Shown here: positions 19,951-29,505 of the stretch, in pieces | How positions within the stretch are numbered: the first letter of the stretch is position 1 | How the letters are laid out: every line of letters begins with the position of its first letter | DNA from: a bacterium | GTDB taxonomy: Bacteria; UBA8248; JACPRG01; G963555815 | Assembly: GCA_963555815.3 (NCBI GenBank) | Contig: CAUVWX020000002.1 | Coordinates: 128,001-192,000, forward strand | Direction: 5' to 3' | Length of the DNA stretch: 64,000 nucleotides | The notes under the pieces: model-generated | Seen by the model: only the letters and a program-made list of their open reading frames with translations | Told to the model about the DNA's origin: nothing | Database searches by the model: none | Program-made: the position numbers and the translations under genes

Positions 19951-20985
19951 ATGAGCCATGCCCAGAAATGGCGTCTGATCCGTCTCCTTTTCTTGGCCCT
20001 TGGGCTCGCCTTTTTTCCCCTCCTCATCTACAGGCTGGACCCGGGGGCCATCGGGGCCGAGCTGGCCCGGGTAGGGATCTACATCCCCATCATCATCCTG
20101 CCCTACTTTGTGGGCTTCATCTTCGACAGTATCGGCTGGCGGTATTCCTTTTCATCCCCACCGGGGGTGAGCTTCAACCGTCTCTTCTGGGTCCGTATGG
20201 CCGGCGAGGCCATGAACGTGGTCACACCCGCCGCTTACCTGGGGGGGGAGCCCGTCAAGGCCTTCCTTCTGAATAAGCATAAGATTCCGCTGGTCGAGGG
20301 GGCCTCCGCGGTCGTGATTGCAAAGACCGCGATGACCGTGGCCGAGGCAATCTTCGTCATCATCGGGGCCGGTATTGCTCTCCATCAGGTGGGGGCCGGC
20401 TCCGCCGTTGTGAAGGGAGTCCTTCTGGCCCTTATCGCGCTGCTCCCCTTGGTGGGTCTTCTGATCTTTGCCCAACGGGCCGGTCTCTTCACACGTATCC
20501 TTCGGACGCTAAGGAAGCTGGGGCTTCGTGGGCGCTTCCTCGACCGAGCCGAGGAGCGTGTCTCCCACCTTGACCACAACCTCAGCCGCTACTACCGCGA
20601 AAACCCCCGGGGGATGGTCCTCGCCACCTTCTATCACCTTGTGGGCTGGGTCATGGGGGTGGGGGAGGTCTACCTCATCCTCTCCCTGATGGGGATTCCC
20701 GTGGACTTGGGGATGGCCTTCGCCATCGAGGCCCTCGGGGCCATCATCAAGGGGGCCATGTTCTTCATACCGGCGAGCATCGGGACGCAAGAGGGGGGGA
20801 ACGTCCTCATCTTCGCCGCCTATGGGCTCTCGGCCACAACCAGCCTCTCCTTCAGCATTATTCGACGTATCCGAGAGATCATTTATGTTGTTATCGGCCT
20901 CTACATCTTCTCGCGGTACGAGTGGAAGAAGGATGTCCCCAGGGCCGAGACCACCCCGGCCTCCCCTGAGATGTTTGAGAGGTGA
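19951..20985 (+). CDS. Lysylphosphatidylglycerol synthase TM-domain / flippase-like membrane protein
   Basis: Multi-TM protein with GEAMNVVTP...GGEPVK and FIPASIGTQEGG motifs; ATG 19951 is the likely start. Confidence 0.85.
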   Translation: MSHAQKWRLIRLLFLALGLAFFPLLIYRLDPGAIGAELARVGIYIPIIILPYFVGFIFDSIGWRYSFSSPPGVSFNRLFWVRMAGEAMNVVTPAAYLGGEPVKAFLLNKHKIPLVEGASAVVIAKTAMTVAEAIFVIIGAGIALHQVGAGSAVVKGVLLALIALLPLVGLLIFAQRAGLFTRILRTLRKLGLRGRFLDRAEERVSHLDHNLSRYYRENPRGMVLATFYHLVGWVMGVGEVYLILSLMGIPVDLGMAFAIEALGAIIKGAMFFIPASIGTQEGGNVLIFAAYGLSATTSLSFSIIRRIREIIYVVIGLYIFSRYEWKKDVPRAETTPASPEMFER

Positions 20986-21039
20986 GAGTAGCGTCTCCCC
21001 TAAGGGGCGCTGCCTCTTTCTGATGTCTGGGCCTCCCGC

Positions 21040-22218
21040 CTAAAAGTCCACCTTGTGAAGGACCTGGGCCAAGACTCTTCGCTGGGCCTTGGGAATGGGG
21101 AGATCCGAGAGTTGGGAGATTTTTAGCCAACGGCAGGCCTGATAGGCTTGCGGACGAGGAGTCCCCAAAAGGTCCGTTGCCCTAAAGATGTGGAAGGAGA
21201 TCCGGCGGTGGGTCAGGGTGGCTGAGGCGTTGGCCACCTTCCTCAACCCCTTTGCGGACACCCCCAGTCGTTCCTTTAGCGCCTCCTGGAGGGAGAGGGT
21301 CAACCCCCGCCCTGGGCGGCGCTCTCCCCCAGGGAGTCCCCACAGACCCCCAAAGAGACCCTCCTTGGGGTTCTGGACCAGGAGTATTTTTGTTCCGCGG
21401 GTCAGAAAGAGAGAGACCACCTCAACCTCTTTTGGCGGAGTTCGACGAAGGGGTGGGGGGATCTGATTCTGGTGCCCAAGCCTCTTTGCCCCGCATAGGT
21501 TTTTTAGCGGGCAGGAGGGACAGGCGGGGTCTTTAGGTCGGCAGACCAGGGCTCCGAGCTCCATGAGGGCTTGATTGAAATCCCCCGGCCGGTCCCGTGG
21601 AAGAAGGCCCCGTGCCAGCTCCCGCAGGTGTTTAAGAGCGGCCGCCCGCCCGGGGTCTCCCTCTAGGGCGAAAAGGCGGGCGAGGACCCTTTTGACGTTT
21701 CCGTCTAGGGCGGGGTAGGGCTTTCCAAAAGCAATGCTGAGGATAGCGCCCGCCGTATACTCACCGACGCCGGGGAGCTTAGTGAGGGATTGAAAATCCT
21801 CCGGGAGTTTTTCGACGTGCTTGGAGAGGATCACACGGGCCGCCTGGTGCAGGTGCCTCGCACGGGCGTAATAACCCATCCCCTGCCAGATTTTCAGGAC
21901 GGCTTCAAGGGGCGAGGTGGCGAGAACCCTCAGGCTTGGAAAACGTTTCAGGAATTTTCGGTAGTAGGGAAGGACAGTCTTGACCTGGGTCTGGTGGAGC
22001 ATGATCTCGGAGACCCAGATGGCGTAAGGGTCCCTCGACTCCCGCCACGGAAGCTTTCGTCGAAGGCGGGCATACCAGGCGAGGAGATGGGCCTGAAGCT
22101 CCCGCTTTTGCCGGGGGGAGAGATGTAAAAGTTTCGCTGCGGTCAGGGGTCTCCTGGACATCTGACGGGGGGCTCTGAGGATGGCGGATCGTCCTCCACG
22201 GGCGCTCTCTTTAGGCAC
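21040..22218 (-). CDS. mutY: A/G-specific adenine glycosylase
   Basis: LPWR, WVSEIMLHQT, GMGYYARA, LPGVGEYTA, DGNVKRV and C.P..P.C..CPL...C motifs; NUDIX-like C-terminus. Confidence 0.95.
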   Translation of the reverse strand: MPKESARGGRSAILRAPRQMSRRPLTAAKLLHLSPRQKRELQAHLLAWYARLRRKLPWRESRDPYAIWVSEIMLHQTQVKTVLPYYRKFLKRFPSLRVLATSPLEAVLKIWQGMGYYARARHLHQAARVILSKHVEKLPEDFQSLTKLPGVGEYTAGAILSIAFGKPYPALDGNVKRVLARLFALEGDPGRAAALKHLRELARGLLPRDRPGDFNQALMELGALVCRPKDPACPSCPLKNLCGAKRLGHQNQIPPPLRRTPPKEVEVVSLFLTRGTKILLVQNPKEGLFGGLWGLPGGERRPGRGLTLSLQEALKERLGVSAKGLRKVANASATLTHRRISFHIFRATDLLGTPRPQAYQACRWLKISQLSDLPIPKAQRRVLAQVLHKVDF

Positions 22219-22226
22219 ACCCTTTT

Positions 22227-23426
22227 TTAAGTTCCCTCGTAGAAGATGCGGTAGATTCGGCCTGAAAAGTCGTCCGAGACGAGGAGGCTTCCGTCCTTTG
22301 TCACCACAAGGTCAACGGGCCTTCCCCAGACATTTCTGCCCACCAGGAAGCCCGTCAAAAAATCTTCCACGGAAAGAGGCTCTCCGTCCTTCATCCGGAC
22401 TCGGACCACCTTGTAGCCCGTTGGGACAGAGCGGTTCCAGGAGCCGTGGTAGGCGATGAAGAGGTCCCCTCGGTATTCCTCCGGAAATTGACTACCGGTG
22501 TAGAAGGTGAGACCGAGGGGGGCGGAGTGAGCCTGGAGTCCCAGGGTGGGGGGAATCGTCTCCTCGCAGAACCCCGGGAGGCTGAACCCAGGGTCCGGGA
22601 CTTTTTGTCCGTGGCAGTAGGGCCAACCGTAGTGGCCCCCATCTCGGACTATCAATACTTCATCCGGGGGGGCGTCATCCCCGAGCCAGTCCCTTCCGTT
22701 CTCAGTGGCCCAGATTTCTTTTGTCTGCGGGTGAAATACAAACCCGACAGCATTCCGAATGCCCTGGGCGTAGATGCGCCCCTCTGTCCCGTCGGGGTTG
22801 AACTGGAGAATGGCGGCGCGCCGGGGGTCATCCTCGACGCACACATTGCAGGAGGATCCGGCCGAGACATAAAGTTTCCCGTCCGCTCCAAAGCCGAGGG
22901 TCCGGGTCCAGTGCCCCCCTCCCCTTGGAAGGTCGGGGACGACAACCTCCTGGACATCGGCCTTCAGGTCTCCGTCTCTATCCTGAAACCTCAGGACTCG
23001 CCCGTTCTCGGCGACATAAGCCCAGCCGTCGCGGAAGGCAATGCCGTGAGGTCGGTCCAGACCCTCGGCGAAGGGGACGGCCTCGTCGGCCCGCCCGTCC
23101 CCATCGCGGTCCGGCAGGACGACGACCTTGCCTGACCTTGGGGTCGAGACGTAGAGGTGGCCCTGGTCGTCAAAGGCCATAAATCGCGCCATCCCGAGGT
23201 CCGAGGCGAAGACCTCGAAACGAAATCCCGGAGGAAGCTGGACTTTCTCCGTTTGGGCCATGGCGCGCGAAGGGATGAGGCCTGCAAGGAGAAGGGTCAA
23301 GATCCAGGCGCCGACGAGCGCTTTTTTGCGCCATGCTTGAAAAGATGATTTCACGTCCCCCTCCCTTCTCATGTCTCCCCCGTTTCTCGCAGTATATAAC
23401 TGAGGGTGCTGGGGATCGAATCCCAA
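22227..23426 (-). CDS. PQQ-dependent sugar (sorbosone/glucose) dehydrogenase family protein
   Basis: LPPGF, GSSCNVC, GIRNAVG, ENGRDWLGDD.PPDE, YGWPYC and HGSWNRS motifs; signal peptide; start probably ~50-70 nt downstream of the ORF start. Confidence 0.88.
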   Translation of the reverse strand: MGFDPQHPQLYTARNGGDMRREGDVKSSFQAWRKKALVGAWILTLLLAGLIPSRAMAQTEKVQLPPGFRFEVFASDLGMARFMAFDDQGHLYVSTPRSGKVVVLPDRDGDGRADEAVPFAEGLDRPHGIAFRDGWAYVAENGRVLRFQDRDGDLKADVQEVVVPDLPRGGGHWTRTLGFGADGKLYVSAGSSCNVCVEDDPRRAAILQFNPDGTEGRIYAQGIRNAVGFVFHPQTKEIWATENGRDWLGDDAPPDEVLIVRDGGHYGWPYCHGQKVPDPGFSLPGFCEETIPPTLGLQAHSAPLGLTFYTGSQFPEEYRGDLFIAYHGSWNRSVPTGYKVVRVRMKDGEPLSVEDFLTGFLVGRNVWGRPVDLVVTKDGSLLVSDDFSGRIYRIFYEGT

Positions 23427-23463
23427 AGTGAGTTTCGCGACGCCCCAAACGGCCGGCTGCTTT

Positions 23464-24570
23464 TCAGAGGTCTGACATCCTCTCCTCGACGAGGCCGGTG
23501 ATCCCTTGGAAGACCACCTCCGACAGAATCTCTAGTCCCCTTTGTTGCAGGTGGACGTGATCCCGGAAGTAATCGAGCTCGATAGGGAGCTCTTCGTTCG
23601 CCGCGACACAGGAGACACCCTCCAGGGCGCAGAGTTTGTCGTTCACCGCCCAGCCCGTCTGGACGGCCTCCACCAGGACGTCATGCTCGAATCCAGTGTA
23701 GGCGTAGCCGATGCGGTTTCGCTCCTCCGAGACATTTTGGGAATGGATGAGGCTTCCCTGCTTCACAATCACAAAGGGGACAGACCTCTCGGCCAGGAGC
23801 TTGTGGATGCCCAGGAGGTTCTCTCGATAGAAGTTGACCCCGTTTGGCTCGATCTGCTTGTTGAGGGTCTCGTGGCTGGGGCCTTCGTACCGGATGCGGT
23901 AGGTGTAAAGAAGGGCCTTGATGATGGAAAAGCGGAGCCGGGCCACGAGCTGAGAATAGCGGGTCAGCTCATCAACGACCGGGATCTTCCAGGCTGGGAA
24001 CATCAGAGTTCTCTTCTGGTTAAACTCGCCTTGTCTCAACAGGTGGCGGGTGAGGGCCGGGACGTCAGACCACCAAAAATATTTCACGTCGTTCCAGAGG
24101 TGGTAGACGAGGACAAGATCGGGGGAGAGTTGAAGGAGCTCGCATTCCAGCCGCTTGTGAGACTGAAAGGCGGAGTAGCCGGGCGTCCCAGCATTTAGCA
24201 CGACGACGTGCGGCCCAAACCGATCCTGAAGCTTCATCTCCAAGAGACGTGGCCAAGTTTTTTGCCCCTCGGCCTTGGAGTTGAAAGTTGCCGATCCCCC
24301 GAGGACAAGGATTCGGAACTCTCCCGAGGGTTTTTGAAGGGGCATCTCTCTTCCCCGAAGACCTAGCGCGTTGATGTGGATGCCGCCCCGTTTGTTCTCG
24401 TAGACACCGGGCTCCATCTTCCAGCCGAAACACCCGTCCTGAGTGTAGCGGATGGACTTTTTGCGCCAGGCGTCAAAGTCCTTGTAGCGAAGAAAGTTTC
24501 TGACGAACAACTCCCCAGCGATGAGGACGAAGAGGAGAGAGAAGAGCGAGAGAAGGATCTTCTTCTTCAC
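23464..24570 (-). CDS. Membrane-anchored SGNH/GDSL hydrolase family protein
   Basis: N-terminal TM; INALGLRG, LGGSATF, LNAGTPGY, WND and DHVH motifs. Confidence 0.8.
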   Translation of the reverse strand: MKKKILLSLFSLLFVLIAGELFVRNFLRYKDFDAWRKKSIRYTQDGCFGWKMEPGVYENKRGGIHINALGLRGREMPLQKPSGEFRILVLGGSATFNSKAEGQKTWPRLLEMKLQDRFGPHVVVLNAGTPGYSAFQSHKRLECELLQLSPDLVLVYHLWNDVKYFWWSDVPALTRHLLRQGEFNQKRTLMFPAWKIPVVDELTRYSQLVARLRFSIIKALLYTYRIRYEGPSHETLNKQIEPNGVNFYRENLLGIHKLLAERSVPFVIVKQGSLIHSQNVSEERNRIGYAYTGFEHDVLVEAVQTGWAVNDKLCALEGVSCVAANEELPIELDYFRDHVHLQQRGLEILSEVVFQGITGLVEERMSDL

Positions 24571-24684
24571 GGTCGACTGTCGTTGTTGTGAGGGGGCCTT
24601 GAGATGGCCAAAATCTCTTTTTTGCTGGGACTCATCCCCACTCCTTCTGACGCCGCTGGAAAGCTCATTTTGAGCGGTTCCATA

Positions 24685-26217
24685 TTATGACAGGATTTCC
24701 CGGTCCAGGGAGCGGTACTGGATGGCTTCGGAGAGGTGATGGACGAGAATGTTGGCCTCGCCTTCGAGGTCGGCAATGGTGCGGGCCACATTGAGGATGC
24801 GGTGATAGGCCCGGGCCGACAGGGAGAGCCGCTCCATGGCGGTCTCAAGCAGCCTGTTTGAGTCCTCGTCAATCTCGCAGAATTTTTTGATGTGCCTTGG
24901 GCCCATGTGGGCGTTGCAGTAGATCTTCGTCCCCTTGAAACGTTCCCGCTGGATCCCTCTCGTCCGGTTGACCCGCCCCCTGATCTCCTCGCTCGTCTCT
25001 CCTCCTGTCGCCTTTGAGAGATCCTCGTAGCGGACCCGGGGGACCTCGACGTGGATATCGATCTGGTCCAGCAGGGGGCCCGAGATCCGGGATCGGTAGC
25101 CCTTGATCTGAAGGGGGGTGCAGGTGCAGGGCCGGGCGAGATCTCCGTAGAAACCGCAGGGGCAGGGGTTCATGGCCGCGGCCAGCATGAAGCGGGCGGG
25201 ATAGGAGAGGGTCGCAGCGGCCCGGGAGATCGTCACCTTCCCGTCTTCCAGGGGCTGGCGCAGGACCTCCAGGACATGGCGCTTAAATTCGGGGAGCTCG
25301 TCCAGGAAGAGGACCCCGTGGTGGGCAATGGACACCTCGCCGGGCATGGGAAGGGTCCCGCCTCCGATAAGGCCGGCGTCGCTGATGGTGTGATGGGGGG
25401 AGCGAAAGGGCCGAAGGGCGATGAGGGCTCGGTTGTCCCCCATGAGCCCCATGACGGAGTGAACCTTGCTCGTCTCGATGGACTCCTCCAGGGTCAGCTC
25501 CGGCAAGATGGTCGAAACCCTTTGCGCCAGCATGGATTTTCCCGCCCCGGGCGGGCCCATCATGAGGATGTTGTGGCCCCCGGCGCAGGCCACCTCCATG
25601 GCCCGCTTCGCGTGGGGCTGGCCCCGGATCTCCTGAAAATCCACGTCGTAGTTTTTAGTCTCAGTGAAAATTTTTGTGAGGTCGATCTGGACCCGCTCCA
25701 GCTCTAATTCCCCGCTCAGATACCCTGCCACTTGGGGCAGCGTGTCGGCCGCCAAGACCGAAGTTTTCGGCGCCGCAGAGGCCGCCTCGAGGGCGTTCTC
25801 CCGCGGCAGGATGAGGGCTGCGACATTTTCTTTGAGGCCCGCCGCGATCGGAAGGGCCCCCTTGATGGGCTTCACCCGGCCATCCAGAGAGAGCTCACCG
25901 AGGAGGACGACGCGCGAGAGGCGATCCCCTGAAAGGATCCCTGACGCCTGTAGAATCCCGACGGCGATGGGGAGGTCAAAGGCCGAGCCCTCCTTTCGGA
26001 CGTCGGCGGGTGCCAAGTTCACGGTGATTCGTTTCAAGGGGAACTGATAACCCGCATTCTTGATGGCGGCGGTGACCCGGTCTCTGGATTCCTTGACGGC
26101 GAGGTCAGGAAGCCCCACCGTCAGAAAGGCGGGAAGCCCTTGTGAGAGGTCTACCTCGACCTCCACCTCATAGGCATCAATTCCCAGCACCGCGGCCGAG
26201 AGGACTTTGGCGAGCAT
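24685..26217 (-). CDS. comM: YifB/ComM Mg-chelatase-like AAA+ ATPase
   Basis: VGLPD, NLAPAD..K.G..FDLPIA, GPPGAGKS, PFRSPHH, LFLDELPEF and AAMNPCPCG motifs. Confidence 0.95.
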   Translation of the reverse strand: MLAKVLSAAVLGIDAYEVEVEVDLSQGLPAFLTVGLPDLAVKESRDRVTAAIKNAGYQFPLKRITVNLAPADVRKEGSAFDLPIAVGILQASGILSGDRLSRVVLLGELSLDGRVKPIKGALPIAAGLKENVAALILPRENALEAASAAPKTSVLAADTLPQVAGYLSGELELERVQIDLTKIFTETKNYDVDFQEIRGQPHAKRAMEVACAGGHNILMMGPPGAGKSMLAQRVSTILPELTLEESIETSKVHSVMGLMGDNRALIALRPFRSPHHTISDAGLIGGGTLPMPGEVSIAHHGVLFLDELPEFKRHVLEVLRQPLEDGKVTISRAAATLSYPARFMLAAAMNPCPCGFYGDLARPCTCTPLQIKGYRSRISGPLLDQIDIHVEVPRVRYEDLSKATGGETSEEIRGRVNRTRGIQRERFKGTKIYCNAHMGPRHIKKFCEIDEDSNRLLETAMERLSLSARAYHRILNVARTIADLEGEANILVHHLSEAIQYRSLDREILS

Positions 26218-26309
26218 GGAAAAGTGCTCCTGTGAAGGGGTTAGAGGGCTATTCTAAAGGCTTTGAGGAGGTAATACAACGACCGGGTTCTGGAATGTTT
26301 TGGCGCGAT

Positions 26310-26696
26310 TTAGACGTCCTCTAAAGTGATCTGGATGGCTGCGCTCTCTCCCCCTTCCCCACGGCGTCGGATCCCCCGTCCCATGAGCCACCAGAGATAC
26401 CAGTACTTCTTCCGATAGACAGGCAGGATCACGGTATAGATGGCTAGATCCTCGACCCACGAGGCCTGCCCCTCAAAAGAGGGCGCCTTGAGAGATCCGA
26501 ACCGGACCGTGACGCGGGGATTTTTCCTTATCCTTCTCGCCTTCACGCTGCTCCTAAGTGTCGTGAAGTAGATCCGCCCCTCATGGACTATGAACCAGAC
26601 CGGGACCGTCCCAGACCGTCCTTCCGGCCCGTACGTGGTTAGGAATAGACGGTGAGCCTTGATGGTTTTGAGAGCGACGGGGAGGACCTGCTCCAT
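26310..26696 (-). CDS. Pyridoxamine 5'-phosphate oxidase-like (PPOX/split-barrel) protein
   Basis: LTT....G....VPVWF and K.RRIRKNPRV motifs. Confidence 0.75.
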   Translation of the reverse strand: MEQVLPVALKTIKAHRLFLTTYGPEGRSGTVPVWFIVHEGRIYFTTLRSSVKARRIRKNPRVTVRFGSLKAPSFEGQASWVEDLAIYTVILPVYRKKYWYLWWLMGRGIRRRGEGGESAAIQITLEDV

Positions 26697-26938
26697 TCGA
26701 AGCCCCTCAGCCTCTGGGATGAGCCCCTCAGGCCAACGCGGTGGGAGTCAACTCTGAGGCGATATTATACGTGAAGTCGATTCGGCAGAGGATTCTCTAC
26801 CAGAAAGCCTGGAATCTGGGGTCAGATTCTGGTACGCTATATGATCAATGCCAGCGGGTTGACTGGGCGACACTAAACCATCGGAAATTCCCGTGCCTGG
26901 GATTGTCCTGTGAAGATGAAGAAAGAGGGTTCGCTTCC

Positions 26939-27757
26939 GTGAACGCACTTCCCAAGCCCCGAATCGGTCTCGTCGGTTGCGGTGCCATTGGGCGGGTGGT
27001 CGCCCGCGGAATCGAACGGGAAGATTTTCCCGCCGAACTGGTGGGAGTGACGGACGCCGTCCAGGAGTTGGCAGAAAAGCTTTCCGCTGAACTTCCTTCC
27101 TCCCCTCCGATTATGACCCTCCCAGACCTGGTGGCGGCTTCGAATTTGGTGGTGGAGGCCGTCACACCCCAAGCGGCGCCGGCGATCGTCGAGGCGGCTA
27201 TAAAAGGGGGCCGAGACATCATGATGATGTCGGTCGGCGCCCTGGTGATGAACCCGGCCCTCATGGATCTGGCGAGGGAGCACGGGCGTGTGATCTACGC
27301 GTCTTCCGGGGCCATCGCGGGGCTGGACGGCGTAAAGTCCGCGGCACAGGGTGAGCTCCGCAGCGTTACCATCACCACCCGAAAGCCTCCGAGCGGGTTT
27401 CGGGGGGTGGAGGAAGTCAAGCGGCAGGGGATCGATTTGGACAAACTGGATCACCCTCACGTCCTGTTCGAGGGACCGGCCCGGGAGGCCATCAAAAAAT
27501 TCCCCGCCAGCGTTAACGTATCTTCCGCCCTGAGCCTGGCCGGCCTTGGGGCCGACCGAACGACCGTCCGTGTGGTGGTGGACCCGGGAGCCCAGCAGAA
27601 CATCCACGAGATCCAAGTTGAGGGGGATTTCGGACGTCTGACCACGCGGACCGAGAACGTCCCTTCGCCTGACAACCCTAAAACCAGCTATCTGGCTGCT
27701 CTCTCGGCGCTGGCGACGCTGAAGCGCATTGCCGATCCCATCCGTATCGGGACGTAG
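26939..27757 (+). CDS. nadX: L-aspartate dehydrogenase
   Basis: IGLVGCGAIG, SGAIAGLD, TRKPP, FP...NV and NPKTSYLAALS motifs; GTG 26939 is the likely start. Confidence 0.92.
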   Translation: MNALPKPRIGLVGCGAIGRVVARGIEREDFPAELVGVTDAVQELAEKLSAELPSSPPIMTLPDLVAASNLVVEAVTPQAAPAIVEAAIKGGRDIMMMSVGALVMNPALMDLAREHGRVIYASSGAIAGLDGVKSAAQGELRSVTITTRKPPSGFRGVEEVKRQGIDLDKLDHPHVLFEGPAREAIKKFPASVNVSSALSLAGLGADRTTVRVVVDPGAQQNIHEIQVEGDFGRLTTRTENVPSPDNPKTSYLAALSALATLKRIADPIRIGT

Positions 27758-27925
27758 GGCGGCACCCAGCGCTGAGGGGCCCTGTTTCTCAGGGTTGTCC
27801 TTGTCCGTTGCAGGGTTTTTGGAAGGGGGCTATACTGGTACGTTTATTCGATTTTTAGGAGCTTTTCAGGAGGGGGGATGGCCCCCCCCTCCCTGTTTGA
27901 CTCCTGAGGTTACGAGGAGCATGTC

Positions 27926-29260
27926 ATGAGTGAGAGTAAGACGCCTTCTGCGGTTTTGAAGATGGAGTCTACAGCCGCAAAAGGGGGTTCCTTTAAAGAC
28001 GCCACGCGGCGCTTGGACCGGGCGCTTGAGTTTTTTCCTCTGAGTGAAGAGGTCGAGGAGACCCTTCGTCATCCAAGGCTTTCCCTTCAGGTTTCGATTC
28101 CGGTTCGGATGGACGACGGTTCCCTCCGTCTTTTTCAGGGGTATCGGGTTCGTTATAACGACGCCCGGGGTCCTGGAAAGGGGGGGATTCGGTTTCATCC
28201 GGATGTGGATCAAGACGAGGTGACGGCCCTTGCCTTTTGGATGACGTTCAAGTGTGCGTTGGTGAACATTCCCTTCGGTGGGGCGAAGGGGGGTGTGGCG
28301 GTCGACCCGAGAGAGCTTTCTCATGCGGAGCTGGAACGATTAAGTCGGGGGTACATAGACGCCATTGCGGAGTTTATTGGCCCTGACATTGATATTCCTG
28401 CTCCTGACGTTTACACCAACCCCACCATCATGGCTTGGATGGCCGACGAGTACAGTCTGATTCGTCGGATGAAGACCCCTGCGACGATTACCGGCAAGCC
28501 CGTTTCTTTGGGTGGGAGTCTGGGCCGCGAGGACGCGACGGCCCGGGGAGGCTATTACACCATCCAGGTCATGGCGAAGGAGTTTGGGCTGAAGCCCGAG
28601 AAGACGACGGTGGCCATTCAGGGCTATGGGAACGCGGGTTATTTTGCGGCCCAGCTTCTTGCCCAGGACGGTTATCGGATTGTGGGCTTGAGTGACTCCA
28701 AGGGGGGCATTTATCGTCCGGAGGGTTTTGATCCGGAGGCGGTGAAGGCCCACAAGGACGTGGAGGGGAGAGTGGCCGGGGTGAGTCGGCGCAACGGCGA
28801 ATTTGAGGAGGTCCCCCACGACCGGATCACCAACGAGGAGCTTTTGGAGCTGGACGTGGATATTCTCATTCCCTCCGCCCTGGAGAATGTGATTACGGCT
28901 GAGAACGCGCCGAGGGTGAAGGCCCGTTACATGGTGGAGCTCGCCAACGGTCCGATTACCTCAGAGGCGAGCGCCATCATGAAGCACCGCGTCTTTCTCA
29001 TCCCCGACATTCTGGCCAACGCGGGGGGTGTGACGGTCAGCTATTTTGAGTGGGTTCAGAACCGGGCCGGGTTCTATTGGACGCTGGAAGAGGTGCACAG
29101 CCGGCTTAAGACCATCATGGTGACGGAGTTCCGTGAGCTGCTCAGTGTGGCCAAGGAGTATTCCACGGACAACCGGACGGCGGCTTATATCTTGGCCCTT
29201 CGGCGTCTGGCGGAGGCCATCGAGGCCCAGGGGACCCGGGAATTTTTCGCCAAGGCCTAA
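27926..29260 (+). CDS. gdhA: Glu/Leu/Phe/Val dehydrogenase (glutamate dehydrogenase)
   Basis: GPGKGGIRFHP, PFGGAKGG, DIPAPDV, TGKP, QGYGNAG and PDILANAGGVTVSYFEWVQN motifs. Confidence 0.93.
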   Translation: MSESKTPSAVLKMESTAAKGGSFKDATRRLDRALEFFPLSEEVEETLRHPRLSLQVSIPVRMDDGSLRLFQGYRVRYNDARGPGKGGIRFHPDVDQDEVTALAFWMTFKCALVNIPFGGAKGGVAVDPRELSHAELERLSRGYIDAIAEFIGPDIDIPAPDVYTNPTIMAWMADEYSLIRRMKTPATITGKPVSLGGSLGREDATARGGYYTIQVMAKEFGLKPEKTTVAIQGYGNAGYFAAQLLAQDGYRIVGLSDSKGGIYRPEGFDPEAVKAHKDVEGRVAGVSRRNGEFEEVPHDRITNEELLELDVDILIPSALENVITAENAPRVKARYMVELANGPITSEASAIMKHRVFLIPDILANAGGVTVSYFEWVQNRAGFYWTLEEVHSRLKTIMVTEFRELLSVAKEYSTDNRTAAYILALRRLAEAIEAQGTREFFAKA

Positions 29261-29269
29261 AAGCCCTCT

Positions 29270-29309
29270 AGAAAGAGGCCGACTCCTTTTCCGGTGTCGG
29301 CCTCTTTCT
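29270..29309 (+). terminator. Stem-loop immediately after gdh (probable intrinsic terminator)
   Basis: AGAAAGAGGCCGAC ... GTCGGCCTCTTTCT form a perfect 14-bp inverted repeat. Confidence 0.65.
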
Positions 29310-29505
29310 GGCCGGAAGATTTTAGGAAGGACCGAAGTTGCCACAAACCCGGCGCATTTTCGGGCGCACCGGTTTTTTTTCAAAAAAAAAGAGGATGTAA
29401 TCGGTTGAACAAATTGCGTAAAATCTTGCCTCTTTTGATCGCCTTGAATTTCCGCGGACTGTCTCGTAAGGCGTCCGCCGGAGGAAGAACGCGAGTTCGG
29501 TTCTC

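Noticed and set aside
27868..27895. AGGGGGG...CCCCCCT hairpin upstream of gdh as a fourth copy of the island repeat
   Set aside because: It lacks the conserved GAGAAA-TT-GGGT head; only the generic G/C tract is shared.
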